A stretch of DNA of 64,000 bases from an uncultured Trueperaceae bacterium (GCA_963815215.1 CAWFFU010000011.1:256001-320000); one strand, 5' to 3'; numbered from the stretch's first letter, positions 51,133-62,316 are shown. Notes: generated by a model not told the origin, from the letters alone. Translations and numbers: made by a program.

Positions 51133-52650
51133 TCAGTGCTTGAAGTGTCGCTCCCCCGTCAGGACCATGGCCATGCCGCGCTCGTCGGCCGCCTCGATCA
51201 CCTGCTCGTCACGGATCGACCCTCCCGGCTGGATCACCGCCGCCACCCCCGCGTCGGCCGCGGCATCGACCCCGTCCCGGAACGGGAAGAAGGCGTCGCT
51301 CGCGCAGGCGCCGCCGCGGGCCCGCCCCGCCGCCTTCTTGGCCGCGATCTCGACGGCATCGACGCGGCTCTGCTGGCCCGCCCCCACCCCGACCGCACTG
51401 CCACCGGCAGCGAAGACGATGGCGTTGGACGACGTGAACGCGCACACCCGATAGGCGAGCTCCAGGTCGCGCCACTGCTGCTCGGTGGGCTGCGCCCGGG
51501 TCACGACCTTCCACTCGCCGCGCTCGACCCGTACCGGGTCGGGTTGCTGCACCAGGAAGCCGCCGTCGATCCGGCGCAGCTCGAGCCCGCGCTCGCCCGG
51601 CGGTTCGGCCTCCAGCACACGCATGTTCTTGCGCTTGCGGGCGAACAGCTCGAGCGCCTCGGGCGCGAAGCCGCGGGCGATGAGCACATCCGCTTTGGGA
51701 TTCGCGACGACGGCCCGCGCCAGCTCGGCATCCACCGTGCCCGGCAGTGCCACGATCCCGCCGAAGGCCGACTTCGGGTCCGCTTCGAACGCCGCGGCGT
51801 AGGCCGTCGTGAGATCGCCTGCCAGCGCCGCCCCGCACGGGTTGGCGTGCTTGGCGATGACGGCCGCGCGCCCCGCTCCGAGCTCGAACGCGAGCCGCCA
51901 GGCGGCGTCGGCATCGAAGAGGTTGAGGTAGGACAGGGCCATGCCCGAATGCTGCACCACCGAGTCCCACCACCCGCGCGAGCCGACCTCGCGGTAGCGG
52001 GCGCCGTGTTGGTGCGGGTTCTCGCCGTAACGGAGTACCTCGGCACGCTCCAGAGCCAGGTTGAGGTGCTCCGGCAACGCCTCATCGCGCTCCATCCAGG
52101 CCACGATGGCGGCGTCGTACGCCGCGCTATGGGCGAAGGCCTTGCGGGCCAGCGAGCGCCGCAGCGCCTCGTCGGGGCCCGCACGCACGGCGTCGAGCAC
52201 GGCCGGGTAGTCGTCGGGATCGACGACCACCAGCACGGACGGATGGTTCTTGGCCGCCGCGCGCAACATGCTGGGGCCGCCGATGTCGATGGTCTCCAGC
52301 GCCTCCGACCAACCGACGCCGGCACGCGCCACGGTCTCGCGGAACGGGTACAGGTTGACGGCGACCAGATCGATCGGGGTGATGTCGTGCTCGCGCAGCT
52401 CGGAGAGGTGAGCCTCCTCGCGTCGCGCGAGAAGGCCACCGTGGATGCGCGGGTGCAGCGTCTTGACCCGGCCGTCGAGGATCTCCGGGAAGCCGGTGAC
52501 GTCCGCCACGGCGACGGCGGGGACCCCGGCATCGCGCAGCGACTGTAGGGTACCGCCGGTGGACACGATCTCGTAGCCGAGACCGCTCAGGCCGCGCGCG
52601 AAGTCTGCCAGACCGCGTTTGTCCGAAACGCTCAGCAGGGCTCGGGGCAT
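51133..52650 (-). CDS. purH: Bifunctional AICAR transformylase/IMP cyclohydrolase
   Basis: [58 protein letters not shown]. Confidence 0.97.
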   Translation of the reverse strand: MPRALLSVSDKRGLADFARGLSGLGYEIVSTGGTLQSLRDAGVPAVAVADVTGFPEILDGRVKTLHPRIHGGLLARREEAHLSELREHDITPIDLVAVNLYPFRETVARAGVGWSEALETIDIGGPSMLRAAAKNHPSVLVVVDPDDYPAVLDAVRAGPDEALRRSLARKAFAHSAAYDAAIVAWMERDEALPEHLNLALERAEVLRYGENPHQHGARYREVGSRGWWDSVVQHSGMALSYLNLFDADAAWRLAFELGAGRAAVIAKHANPCGAALAGDLTTAYAAAFEADPKSAFGGIVALPGTVDAELARAVVANPKADVLIARGFAPEALELFARKRKNMRVLEAEPPGERGLELRRIDGGFLVQQPDPVRVERGEWKVVTRAQPTEQQWRDLELAYRVCAFTSSNAIVFAAGGSAVGVGAGQQSRVDAVEIAAKKAAGRARGGACASDAFFPFRDGVDAAADAGVAAVIQPGGSIRDEQVIEAADERGMAMVLTGERHFKH

Positions 52651-52711
52651 GACGGAACCACCTCCGGTGGTGCGGTCGGCGGGCGCTCCTCGGAGCGCCC
52701 GCCGTCAGGAA

Positions 52712-54820
52712 CTAGTTACCGCTGCCGGTCTTGCCGGACCCCGACGAGCCGTTGGCGGGGCTGGCGGCCGGTGGCGTGGTCGACGATCCGGAGGACGTCG
52801 TTCCGGAGGAGCCCGTCGAACCTGAGCTGCTGGAACCGGAACTCGAGCCTGAACTGGAGCCGGAGCTCGAGCCCGCGCCGGTCGATCCGGAGCCCGTGCC
52901 CGTCGCGCCGCCGGTACCTGATGACTTCTGCTGGAGCTGCGCCAGGTCGTTCTCGACCTTGATCTGCTTCTTCAGCTTGTCGAGCCAGTCGGTGCGGAGC
53001 TGCTGCTGCTGGTTCGAGAGCACCGCTGCGCGAACCTGGTCCTTGACCTCGTTGAACGTGCGCGTGCGCTGGGGCGTGCGAACGGCCAGCAGGACCACGT
53101 AGGTGTCCACCGTCTTGGGCGGCGACGCACTGCTCCCCGCCGCCCCGCTACTGCTGGACGAGCTGCTGCTCGAGCTGCTTGCAGCGGCACCGTTGGACGT
53201 CGATCCGGTGGTGCTCGAGCTACCGGTCTTCGCCGGCTGCGACAGCACCAGCACGTCAGAGATCCCCTGCTGGCTGCTCGGGAGCGGGCTGAAGGCGTCG
53301 GTCTTGAACAGCGCGGTGTCGAGCTCGGTCACCAGGTCGCCGGGTTTCACCGTGCCCAGGTCCTTGACGGTACCGCTGTCGGCCTTGGCGGTGGCATCGA
53401 GGGCCTTGCCCTGCAGCATCGCCGACCGGAAGGCTTCCGCTCCGGCCTTGCTGGTGAAGTCGACACGCGTAGCCTCGGCCTCCGCCGCGATGGTGAAGCT
53501 CGAGGTGTTGCTGTCGTAGTACTTCTGCATGGCGTCAGGCGTGGCCTTGGCGTCGCGCGACACGTAGTTGAGCGCCGCCTGTGCGACCATCTGCCGGGTC
53601 CCGACCAGCTGGAGCTTGAGGGACTGAGCGCCCTGGTACGCCACGTAGCTGTCGATGAGCTGTCCCAGCACCGCCGGCTTGAAGAACTGGGTGACCAGGG
53701 AGGCGCTCTGCGGTGACAGCGCCCGCTGGATCTGCGGGTTGGTGTACGTGGCGCGATCGAGCTCGGCGGCCTTGATGCTGGTGTCGCCGACCTTGGCCAC
53801 CGTGGGATTGTCGTAGGTTAGCTCGCTGCCCGTGGGGACCGTGATCTTGGCGTCGCTCATGAGCTGCTCGATCTTCTGCTCCACCACGCCCGTCTGCTTG
53901 GCCTTGAGGGCGTCCGCCTTGACCTGGTCCTTGACCTTGTCGAACGCCTTCGGCGCGGCCGGCAGGTAGGTCTCGACCTTGACGATGTAGAACCGCCCCG
54001 CGGCATTGACGACATCGGTGATACCCGGACCCTGCAAGCCGAAGGCGGCGTCCGCCACCGCGGTGGGGAGCGCCGGCTTACCGACCGGCTGCGGCGTACT
54101 CTCCCCCTTGGCCGCACCGAGCGCGCCGCCGCGATCGGCCAGCTCCTTGCTGTTGGCCTTGGCGAGGGCGGCGAAGTCGGCGCCGCCGACCGCCTTCTTC
54201 TGCAGCTCGACGGCGAGGGCGGCGTCGTCGACGACGATCTCGCGGGCTTTGATCTGCGGATCGCTCTGATAGCTGGTGGGGTGCGTGTCGTACCAGTCCT
54301 TCACCTCGGCGTCGCTCACCTTGAGATCCTTGGTGAGCTGCGTCTCCCATTTGGTCTGCCGCAACGACTCGCGCACGTAGTCGCGGAAGGTGGCGTCGGT
54401 GAAGCCGGCGTTGCCGATGAGGTTGAGGTAGGCCTGGTCGTTGCCGCGACCCGCGACGCCGCGCGTCTTCCGGAAGTCGTCGACCGACTTGTTGACCTCG
54501 CCGCCGGAAACGCGGATCTTGGCCGAGGCCTGCGACAGGACGGCGTTCTGGATCAGGTTGTCGACGAGCAGCAGCTGCAGGTCGTTGGCTACTTCGCCCT
54601 GCGACACAGCGCTGTACAGCGGGTTCTGGCGCGCGCGGGCCACCGCGTCCTGGTAGATGGGTTGCCCGTTGACCTGCAGCTCGACCGAGCCGTGGCTCGC
54701 GCCGCCGCCACCCCCGCCGAGGCGTCCGAGCGTCGGCGTGAAGGTGATGATCATGCCGAGCAGCAACCCGATGGAGATGATCCACAGGATGATCGTGTTG
54801 GTGCGACGGTTGAACTTCAT
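52712..54820 (-). CDS. SurA/PpiD-like peptidyl-prolyl isomerase chaperone
   Basis: N-terminal TM anchor, SurA-N-like helices, parvulin-like DFAALAKANS...RGGALG, duplicated architecture, Ser/Gly-rich tails. Confidence 0.8.
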   Translation of the reverse strand: MKFNRRTNTIILWIISIGLLLGMIITFTPTLGRLGGGGGGASHGSVELQVNGQPIYQDAVARARQNPLYSAVSQGEVANDLQLLLVDNLIQNAVLSQASAKIRVSGGEVNKSVDDFRKTRGVAGRGNDQAYLNLIGNAGFTDATFRDYVRESLRQTKWETQLTKDLKVSDAEVKDWYDTHPTSYQSDPQIKAREIVVDDAALAVELQKKAVGGADFAALAKANSKELADRGGALGAAKGESTPQPVGKPALPTAVADAAFGLQGPGITDVVNAAGRFYIVKVETYLPAAPKAFDKVKDQVKADALKAKQTGVVEQKIEQLMSDAKITVPTGSELTYDNPTVAKVGDTSIKAAELDRATYTNPQIQRALSPQSASLVTQFFKPAVLGQLIDSYVAYQGAQSLKLQLVGTRQMVAQAALNYVSRDAKATPDAMQKYYDSNTSSFTIAAEAEATRVDFTSKAGAEAFRSAMLQGKALDATAKADSGTVKDLGTVKPGDLVTELDTALFKTDAFSPLPSSQQGISDVLVLSQPAKTGSSSTTGSTSNGAAASSSSSSSSSSSGAAGSSASPPKTVDTYVVLLAVRTPQRTRTFNEVKDQVRAAVLSNQQQQLRTDWLDKLKKQIKVENDLAQLQQKSSGTGGATGTGSGSTGAGSSSGSSSGSSSGSSSSGSTGSSGTTSSGSSTTPPAASPANGSSGSGKTGSGN

Positions 54821-54870
54821 TCCCTTGACTTCCTCCCAGAGCCTCTGATAGCTTTCTTAATTGACTTCGC

Positions 54871-54947
54871 GCGCCCGTAGCTCAGCCGGATAGAGCGTTC
54901 GCCTCCGGAGCGAAAGGTCACAGGTTCGAATCCTGTCGGGCGCACCA
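54871..54947 (+). tRNA. tRNA-Arg(CCG)
   Basis: GCGCCCG...CGGGCGC-ACCA, anticodon arm TTCGC-CTCCGGA-GCGAA; promoter TTGACT (54825) and TGaTAGCTT (54846-54). Confidence 0.97.
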
Positions 54948-55149
54948 CACGATCTTCCTCGTGCACAGCGGAGAACCGATCTGGTGATGCGTTCGGGGCT
55001 CAAAGCAGAGGAAGTGTACCACGGGCTTTCCATGAGAGTTTCTAGTCGGGCGACGGCCCCACAGGTGGCCGCGCTCCCGTCCTGGAGGCGTTCGCGCTCC
55101 GTCTGACGGCCGCTGTTGCGCAGACCTCGCGCGAACCGCGGGCAACGGC

Positions 55150-56499
55150 TCAGAACAGCCGGCCGGGATCGAATGGCAGGTCCTGGAGAAGCGCGCGGGC
55201 GGCCGCCAACGGGGCGTCGTAGCCGCGCGCCAGCCCTTCCAAGCTGACCTGCGCCGTGACCGCGGGGATGACACCGCCGTCGAAGGCGCGTCCGTCGATC
55301 CCCTCCAGGTTCGCGATCGCCACCATCACTACACTGCCATCGGGCAACGTGAAGCCCTGCACGGCCTCGACGTTGCCGTGGGTGCGCTCGCCCACCACCC
55401 GAGCCCGTCCGAGGTCCTGCAGCACCAGCGGCCCCACCTCGCCGGCCGAGCTGTTCTCGCCGTCGACCAGCGCGATCAGCGGTCCGTCGAAGCGCACCGG
55501 CCGCGCCAGCCGGTCTTCCTCCACCATCGTGCCGTCGCCGGCCACCAGGGTCGACACGCCCTCACCGTCCACGACCGTGTAGCGCCCCTGCCACACCACC
55601 GCACCACGGCTGACCGCCTGGCCCCAGGCGCCCTGGATGAACGCGCCCAGCACCAGCCCGAGCTGGCCCAGGCGCCCGCCGTAGTTGCCGCGCATGTCCA
55701 GGATCAGCGAGCGAGCACCCTGTCGCTCGAGCTCCCCCAGGAGCTCGTGGAAGCGCGCGCCGGTGGTCGGCAGGTTGAGGCTGGGGAGGTAGATGTAGCC
55801 GGTAGCGCCGTCCAGCATCCGGCCGACAGGTTGCTCGGTCAGGGCGCGCTGCGCCAGCAGCGCAGGGTGCAGGATGCGATCGAACGCCTCGTAGCCACGA
55901 CGCAGGCCGAGCGCGACGTCGCCGCGTTGAACCGCCCGACTCAGCACCGTGCCCGCATCCCAGCGAGCTGCGCCGTCGAGCGCTTCGCTCCCGACCCTGG
56001 TGATGACGTCGCCGCGACGCAGCCCGGCGTCCTCCGCCGGTGAGCCGGGCAGCACCCGGGTGACGACCAGGCCCGAACCCTGTAGGTAGGCGGTCTCGAC
56101 GCCGATGGTGGGCGTCGCCTGGGGAGCTGTGGTACCTCCCTGGTACGAGGCCAGGCCCAGCCAGCTCGAATGATCGTCGTGGACGGCATCGACCATCTGC
56201 CTCATGACACTGTCGAAGCCGGCCCGCGTGCCCGCCCCATCGGCCGCCGAGCGGTAGCGGTCGGCCCATGCCTGCCAGTCCATCCAGCCGGGATCCCAGT
56301 AACGGTCGCGGAAGACGTCGACCATTGCCTGGAACACCCTGTCCCTGCCCTGGCTCGACGCCCACAACGGTTCCGCCGCCAGCACCGGCGCGCTTAGCGT
56401 CAGCGCGCACACGACCGTCAGGGCGAGCCGCACCCAGCGGCGCCCGTCGGCCCGGCCGCGGCCGCCCGTCACCGCTCCGTCACCGGTGCCGGCTCCCAC
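55150..56499 (-). CDS. S41 family carboxyl-terminal protease with PDZ domain
   Basis: D.HS, GSPAEDAGLRRGDVI, LILDMRGNYGG, NSSAGE, VVGERTHG; start 56499 or 56472. Confidence 0.88.
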   Translation of the reverse strand: MGAGTGDGAVTGGRGRADGRRWVRLALTVVCALTLSAPVLAAEPLWASSQGRDRVFQAMVDVFRDRYWDPGWMDWQAWADRYRSAADGAGTRAGFDSVMRQMVDAVHDDHSSWLGLASYQGGTTAPQATPTIGVETAYLQGSGLVVTRVLPGSPAEDAGLRRGDVITRVGSEALDGAARWDAGTVLSRAVQRGDVALGLRRGYEAFDRILHPALLAQRALTEQPVGRMLDGATGYIYLPSLNLPTTGARFHELLGELERQGARSLILDMRGNYGGRLGQLGLVLGAFIQGAWGQAVSRGAVVWQGRYTVVDGEGVSTLVAGDGTMVEEDRLARPVRFDGPLIALVDGENSSAGEVGPLVLQDLGRARVVGERTHGNVEAVQGFTLPDGSVVMVAIANLEGIDGRAFDGGVIPAVTAQVSLEGLARGYDAPLAAARALLQDLPFDPGRLF

Positions 56500-56565
56500 G
56501 CCTCAGCCTGGGAGGGAGGACGCGACGGGTCGGGAATCGGCTGCACGCCGGCGCGCCCGCCGTCA

Positions 56566-57093
56566 TCACCACACCGGCCGTTCGGGGAAGGCGGCGCGAC
56601 GCCAGGGACTGGCGACCTCGATCCCTTCGCCCGAGAACGTCGTCACCCGTCGCCCTTCGATCTCGAGCACCACGCCCTTGACGTCGGTCGGCCGGGTCAA
56701 CGTGTAGTACAGCTGGTTGAGCCGTCCGACGATCATGGCGCTGCCCCCTCCGCGCTCGAAGCCGGCGGACAGGTCGATCGTCAGGATGCCGGCGTCCAGC
56801 TTCGCGCTCCGTACCAGCGTGTCGGCGGGCACGGCGCTGCTCAGCCCGCGCGCGGCCTCGTCCGGGGTGGGACCTGCGGCCAGCGCCGCGACGGCGCGCT
56901 CGGCTCGGGACGCGGCGTCGCCGCGTCCGCCGCGACGGTAGACCTGCGTCAGGTGGAAGTTCGTGCCGTCCGAGGCGATGAAGTAGACGACCGTGTCGGG
57001 CAGCCGCTGCAGGGTGCGTACGGTGATGACGGCGACCAACGCCAGCAGCAGTAGCAGTGCCAGCGCCGACACGCGCAGCACCACCGTACGCAC
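56566..57093 (-). CDS. GerMN domain protein
   Basis: N-terminal TM; L.AGPT..E...GLSSAVP, IDLS..F..GGGS, QL.YTLT. Confidence 0.88.
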   Translation of the reverse strand: MRTVVLRVSALALLLLLALVAVITVRTLQRLPDTVVYFIASDGTNFHLTQVYRRGGRGDAASRAERAVAALAAGPTPDEAARGLSSAVPADTLVRSAKLDAGILTIDLSAGFERGGGSAMIVGRLNQLYYTLTRPTDVKGVVLEIEGRRVTTFSGEGIEVASPWRRAAFPERPVW

Positions 57094-57097
57094 CGGA

Positions 57098-58804
57098 TCA
57101 GCGCCTTCGGATGGGGAGGTAACGCGCCTCCCACATCGCTTCGTCGATGCGCGCGCTCAGGTCGTCGCCCAGCTCCGCACGCGCCACGCCGGCGCTCACC
57201 GCTTCCTGCGCCACGGCGGTGGCCACGTAGCGGCTCACGCGGCGCATGGCGCTCACCCGTGGGTAGACCGCGCCCTGCAGGATACGGCCCTGGTCGGTGT
57301 AGTCGGCGAGCGCTTCGGCCGCCGCGCTGAGCATGCCCGGCGTCACGGACTTCGCTCGGGCCACCTTCACGCCGAGGCCCAGGCCCGGGAAGATGAAGGC
57401 GTTGTTGCCCTGGCCCACGCTGTAGCGCACGCCCTTCCAGGTGACTTCGGGGAAGGGGCTGCCGGTGGCGACGATGGCGCGCCCGTCGGTCCAGCGGTAG
57501 ATGTCCTCCGGGATCGCTTCCGAGTAGTCGGTCGGGTTCGACAGCGGGAACACGATGGGCGACGGGGTGTTGGCCGCCACCGCCTCGACGATGCCCTGGT
57601 CGAAGCCACCGCGTTGACCCGAGAGGCCGATGAGGGCCGTGACGTTCCCCTGACGGACCGTCTCGAGCAGGGTCGGGATCGAGCCCGCCACCTGCCAGCC
57701 CGCCACGCGCGAAGGGTCCTGCGCCAGGTCGGCCTTGTAGGCGTCCAGGCCCGGGCGGTCGCTCAACACCAGGCCGCGCGAGTCGACCACGAAGATCCGC
57801 TCGGAGGCCTGGCGCCGGTCGAGCCCCTGACGGATCAGGCCGTCGCGGATCTGGCTGGCGACACCCACCCCGCCGGCGCCCGCACCGTAGACCAGGAACA
57901 CCTCGTCGGTGAGCGGCCTGCGCGACTTTCGGGCAGCCGCCAGCAGGCCGGCGAGCACGACCGCGCCGGTGCCCTGGATGTCGTCGTTGAAGCTGGGGAG
58001 GACGTCCTGATAGCGTTCGAGAACGCTGAAGGCCTTCTGTTTGGAGAAGTCCTCCCACTGCAGCACGGCGTCCGGGAAGCGCTTCTTGAACGCCGTCACG
58101 AAACGCTCCATGAAGTCGTCGTACGCCTGACCCGTCAGCCGCTCGTGCCGCACGCCCAGGTAGAGGGGGTCGTCGAGCAGGTCCTGCCGGTTGGTGCCGA
58201 CGTCGAGCTCGATCGGCAGGGTGGTGGCCGGATCGATCCCGGCCGCGGCCGTGTAGATCGAGAGCTTGCCGATGCAGATGGCCATGCCACCGTAGCCCTG
58301 ATCACCGATGCCGAGGATGCCCTCGGAGTCGGTGGCGACCACCAGCCGAACGTCCGGGATGGGGGTGTTCTCGAACACCTCGTCGACGCGATCGATGTTC
58401 TCCGTGCTGACCACCAGGCCGCGCGGCCAGCGGTAGATGAGGCTGAACTTCTGGACCGCCTCGGCCACGGTGGGGGTGTAGATGATCGGCAGCATCTCCT
58501 CGAGATGCCGCTGGATCAGGGCGTAGAACAGCACCTCGTTGCGGTCCTGCAAGACCCGCAGGTAGATGTGCTTGTCGAGGTTGGTGGTGAAGCGCTGGAA
58601 GTTGGCGTAGGTACGCTGTACCTGTTCGCCGAGCGTCGACACGTGCGGCGGGAACAACCCTTCCAGCCCGAGCTCCTTGCGCTCCTCCAGGCTGAACGCC
58701 GTGCTCTTGTTCAGCAGCGGGAGGCGTGTCAGCACCAGCCCGGGTAGGTCGGTCGCCAGATAGGGGGTTCCTGAATCGTCGGTGAGGCGGTCGTACTGCT
58801 TCAT
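57098..58804 (-). CDS. maeA: NAD-dependent malic enzyme (SfcA/MaeA type)
   Basis: LNKSTAFS, LPIIYTPTV, ILGIGDQG, QWEDF, FNDDIQGTG, GAGAGGVG, PLSNPT, GQGNNAFIFPG. Confidence 0.93.
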   Translation of the reverse strand: MKQYDRLTDDSGTPYLATDLPGLVLTRLPLLNKSTAFSLEERKELGLEGLFPPHVSTLGEQVQRTYANFQRFTTNLDKHIYLRVLQDRNEVLFYALIQRHLEEMLPIIYTPTVAEAVQKFSLIYRWPRGLVVSTENIDRVDEVFENTPIPDVRLVVATDSEGILGIGDQGYGGMAICIGKLSIYTAAAGIDPATTLPIELDVGTNRQDLLDDPLYLGVRHERLTGQAYDDFMERFVTAFKKRFPDAVLQWEDFSKQKAFSVLERYQDVLPSFNDDIQGTGAVVLAGLLAAARKSRRPLTDEVFLVYGAGAGGVGVASQIRDGLIRQGLDRRQASERIFVVDSRGLVLSDRPGLDAYKADLAQDPSRVAGWQVAGSIPTLLETVRQGNVTALIGLSGQRGGFDQGIVEAVAANTPSPIVFPLSNPTDYSEAIPEDIYRWTDGRAIVATGSPFPEVTWKGVRYSVGQGNNAFIFPGLGLGVKVARAKSVTPGMLSAAAEALADYTDQGRILQGAVYPRVSAMRRVSRYVATAVAQEAVSAGVARAELGDDLSARIDEAMWEARYLPIRRR

Positions 58805-58835
58805 GCCCAGCTCCTGCCTTCTACGCCGCGAGGGG

Positions 58836-60281
58836 TCACTGACCCGCGAGGCGCTTGGATTCCCGTTCGAAGTAGGCGTAGTTCTGATCGTCGGGCTTCA
58901 GCTTCAGGGCATGAGCGAATGCATCGGCGGCATCGGCGTAGCGCTGCTGCTGGAAGTAGAGCCGTCCGAGCGTGCCCCAGGCCGAGGGGAAGGCGGGGTT
59001 CGCCTGGATGGCGGCCTTGAGGTCCTTCTCGGCAGCATCGAACTGGCCCGACTGATACTCCTGGACCCCGGCAACGTACGCCTTGCCGGCGTCGGGGCCG
59101 TAGTCGAGCTGGTGCTTGGCCTGATCGAGGAAGTACGTGGCGCGGCTGTCGCCGGGCGAGCGCTGCAGCACGCCCTGCCAGTACAGGATGGCGTCGCCGT
59201 AGTTGCCGAGTTCCTGGCTGGTGCGGGCGGCCCACACCCACGCCTCGAGGTAGGCGTTGTTGGCCCGCAACGCCGTGACGAAGGCGTCGCTGGCGGCCTG
59301 GACCTGCCCCTTCTGGTACAACGATTGCCCCTCGTAGAAGGCCTTTCCGGCGGCCGTCCCCCAGGTCGCCTCGGCCTGCGCGAGCTGGAGGAAGTAGGCG
59401 GCGCCCTTATCGCTGGGACGGGCCTGGGTGACCCGCTTCCAGTAGCCCACGGCGGTCTCCGGCCGGCCCAGGTCGAGCGCGGTCCGGCCCGCCCACACCG
59501 CCGCATCGGTGAAGTCTGGGTTCGCCGACAGGGCCTGCTCGAAGAGGCTCAGCGCCTGCTGCTTCGATCCCTTGTCGTAGAGGTCGAGGCCGCGCTGGTA
59601 GGCGTCGCTGGCGTTCACGCCCACACGGACCTGCTCCTGCGTGCGCTGCAGGTAGTAGCGGGCGGCCTGGTCGTCGGGCTTCACGCCAACCAGCGCCTGC
59701 CAGTACGGCAGCGCCTTCTGTGGGTCGCCCTGCTCGTAGTAGATCCTCCCCAGCCAGCGCAGCGCCAGCGGGTCGTCGGGCAGGACTTCGTGCACCTTCT
59801 GGTAGTAGCTCAGCGCCGCCGCCTTGTCGCCGGCCTGGTAGCGCAGGAACCCGAGCTGCGTGCCGGCCTCCTCGAACATCGCGGTGTTGCTCACGGCGTC
59901 CGCAGCCAGGCCGCTCATGTCACCGAGCGAACCACCGTCGTTGAGGTAGGCGAGCCACATATTGTAGGCACGCACGTACCACTTGAGCGTGCTGTAGGTG
60001 CGTGCCAGGAACCGCTCGATGGCGGTGTCGTGGGGCGCGGCCTGCAGCGCCTGCTCGCCCGTCCGCCAGGCCAGGCTCCAGTGCGGCTGGTCGGGGTTCG
60101 CCGGCTCGCTCAGGGAGATGGCCTGCTGCCGCGCCTGCTGCGCCTGGCTGAAGAGCTGGTCGGCGTTCGCCGGTCGCTGTGCGGCCGCGGCGGCGAACAG
60201 GCCGAGCGCCAGCAAGGCGCACAGCAGCACGCTGGGGCGCACGCCCGGCCGGCCCGTCATTTCGATCGTGCGGTGAGCCAT
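58836..60281 (-). CDS. Secreted tetratricopeptide-repeat protein
   Basis: Signal peptide; repeated A..W.GR...LG...A..YW..V....P.D..A.Y.L units. Confidence 0.85.
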   Translation of the reverse strand: MAHRTIEMTGRPGVRPSVLLCALLALGLFAAAAAQRPANADQLFSQAQQARQQAISLSEPANPDQPHWSLAWRTGEQALQAAPHDTAIERFLARTYSTLKWYVRAYNMWLAYLNDGGSLGDMSGLAADAVSNTAMFEEAGTQLGFLRYQAGDKAAALSYYQKVHEVLPDDPLALRWLGRIYYEQGDPQKALPYWQALVGVKPDDQAARYYLQRTQEQVRVGVNASDAYQRGLDLYDKGSKQQALSLFEQALSANPDFTDAAVWAGRTALDLGRPETAVGYWKRVTQARPSDKGAAYFLQLAQAEATWGTAAGKAFYEGQSLYQKGQVQAASDAFVTALRANNAYLEAWVWAARTSQELGNYGDAILYWQGVLQRSPGDSRATYFLDQAKHQLDYGPDAGKAYVAGVQEYQSGQFDAAEKDLKAAIQANPAFPSAWGTLGRLYFQQQRYADAADAFAHALKLKPDDQNYAYFERESKRLAGQ

Positions 60282-60739
60282 ACGACCTCCTGTGACGTTC
60301 GGATCACGTACAGCAGGCGTTCCCCGTCGTTCCCCTGGAACACGATGTGGGTGCGGTCCTCGGCACCGACCGTCTGCTCGGTGCGGTCAGATTGGAAGTA
60401 GCCGTCGACAGCGAACGCCGTCTCGATGTTATGGACGTAACCGGCCTGCAGGCTCTTGAGGAGCCCGCTGGCCTCGTACACTTCCCAATCGGTCCAGCGG
60501 TCCCGGTCGGGGACGCGCGCGATCACCGCCTCCGTCCCCTTTCCGACGGCCCGCAAGGTCCCGCGGGGCAGGCTCAGCGAGGGGTCGAACGTCGCGGAGA
60601 TGGCGGTGCTCACCATCACGTCCGCCAACAGCTGGGCGTGCGCCGCCGGAGCCAGCACCCCCACCGCGCACAGCGCCGCCAGCGCCACCGCGCGCCCGAG
60701 AACGCCGTGCGCAGGACGGTTGTGCCGTGGGCTCGCCAT
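60257..60739 (-). CDS. Secreted hypothetical protein
   Basis: Signal peptide ending AHA; TAGACT 6 nt upstream of the ATG. Confidence 0.65.
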   Translation of the reverse strand: MASPRHNRPAHGVLGRAVALAALCAVGVLAPAAHAQLLADVMVSTAISATFDPSLSLPRGTLRAVGKGTEAVIARVPDRDRWTDWEVYEASGLLKSLQAGYVHNIETAFAVDGYFQSDRTEQTVGAEDRTHIVFQGNDGERLLYVIRTSQEVVWLTARSK

Positions 60740-60870
60740 GTGCCGAGTCTACCACCGGCAGTTGAACGTGCCATGAAGCCGCTGGGAGTCTGAGTAAACG
60801 CCGGGGCACGGCGCGCCCGGTAGCGCTGCCGCCACGGACGGCGCCGGGGCGCACGGTAGAATGCGAAGCC

Positions 60871-62184
60871 ATGTTCCAGAGCCTCGGCGACCGATTGCAA
60901 AGCGTATTCGACGGCCTGCGCGGCAGGGGCCGCCTGAGCGAGGCCGATGTCAAGGCGGCCCTGCGCGAGGTGCGCATCGCCCTGCTGGAGGCCGACGTCA
61001 ACCTCGAGGTCGCCCGCGACTTCACCAGGCGCGTCCAGGAGAAAGCCATCGGCTCCGACACGCTGATGTCGCTCAACCCCGATCAGCGCGTGATCGCCAT
61101 CGTGCAGGAGGAATTGGTCGAAGTCCTCGGCGGCAAGGCCGTGCAGCCCACCCTGGCCAACGACCGCAACGTTTGGATGCTCATGGGCCTTCAGGGAGCC
61201 GGCAAGACCACCACCGCCGGCAAGCTGGCCTACAAGTACAAAGGTCAGGGCCGCCGCCCGTTGCTGGTGGCCGCCGACACCCAGCGCCCCGCCGCACGCG
61301 AGCAGCTCAAGGTACTCGGCAGGCAGATCGGGGTGCCGGTCTTCGAAGTGCAGGACGACGAGGCGCCCACGAGCATCGCCCGGCGCCTGGAGGCCCACCT
61401 GCGGCAGGACTTCCGCGACCTGGTCATCGTCGACACGGCCGGCCGCCTGCAGATCGACGACGCCTTGATGGAGCAACTGGTGCAGCTCCGCGATCAGATC
61501 GGCCCGAGCGAGCGCATCCTGGTGGTCGACGCCATGACCGGGCAACAGTCGCTGCCGGTCGCCAACACCTTCGACGAGCGCGTCGGCGTCACCGGCCTGG
61601 TGATGACGAAGCTCGACGGTGACGCCCGCGGCGGCGCGGCGCTGTCGGCCCGGCACGTGACCGGCAAGCCCGTCTACTTCGCCGGCATGAGCGAGAAGAT
61701 CGACGGGCTGGAGCCGTTCCATCCAGACCGCATCGCCGGACGCATCCTGGGGATGGGCGACGTGCTCACCCTCATCGAGAAGGCCCGGGCGCTCGAGGGC
61801 GACGAGGAGGAGCTGGACTCCAGGAGCCTATCGGACTTCAGCCTGCAGGACATGCTCACGCAGATGCGACGGATCAAGCAGATGGGCTCGTTCGGCGACG
61901 TGCTGAAGATGATCCCGGGCGCGTCCAAGGTGCTGCCGGCCGAAGGGGTCGACGAGCGTGAGATCCTGCGGGTCGAAGCGATCATCTCGAGCATGACCGA
62001 GAGAGAACGGCTCAAGCCGCGCCTGCTCAACGCCAGCCGCCGCAAGCGCATCGCGCGCGGATCGGGGACGACGGTACAGGACGTGAACCGCCTCATGCGC
62101 AACTACGAGGAGATGCGCAAGATGATGAAGCGCATGGGCCGCCGGGCTCCGGGCAAGCGCATGCCCCCGGGCTTCCGGGGCTGA
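60871..62184 (+). CDS. ffh: Signal recognition particle protein
   Basis: [24 protein letters not shown], Met-rich M domain RKRIARGSG. Confidence 0.98.
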   Translation: MFQSLGDRLQSVFDGLRGRGRLSEADVKAALREVRIALLEADVNLEVARDFTRRVQEKAIGSDTLMSLNPDQRVIAIVQEELVEVLGGKAVQPTLANDRNVWMLMGLQGAGKTTTAGKLAYKYKGQGRRPLLVAADTQRPAAREQLKVLGRQIGVPVFEVQDDEAPTSIARRLEAHLRQDFRDLVIVDTAGRLQIDDALMEQLVQLRDQIGPSERILVVDAMTGQQSLPVANTFDERVGVTGLVMTKLDGDARGGAALSARHVTGKPVYFAGMSEKIDGLEPFHPDRIAGRILGMGDVLTLIEKARALEGDEEELDSRSLSDFSLQDMLTQMRRIKQMGSFGDVLKMIPGASKVLPAEGVDEREILRVEAIISSMTERERLKPRLLNASRRKRIARGSGTTVQDVNRLMRNYEEMRKMMKRMGRRAPGKRMPPGFRG

Positions 62185-62316
62185 TGCTCGTGGTCAACGA
62201 CCGCGTCGACGGCGAGCAGCGAATGGCGGCTTTGCGCCGGCGCCGGGGAACCGTGTAGACTGGACCACTGCGACGGCTGCGGCGTAAGGTCCGCGTGCCC
62301 GACCGACGGAGGCAGC

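Noticed and set aside
52712..53230. Ser/Gly repeats in the SurA-like gene and similar repeats in recX and the Rad52-like gene
   Set aside because: In-frame low-complexity linkers; no sign of a separate DNA-level element.
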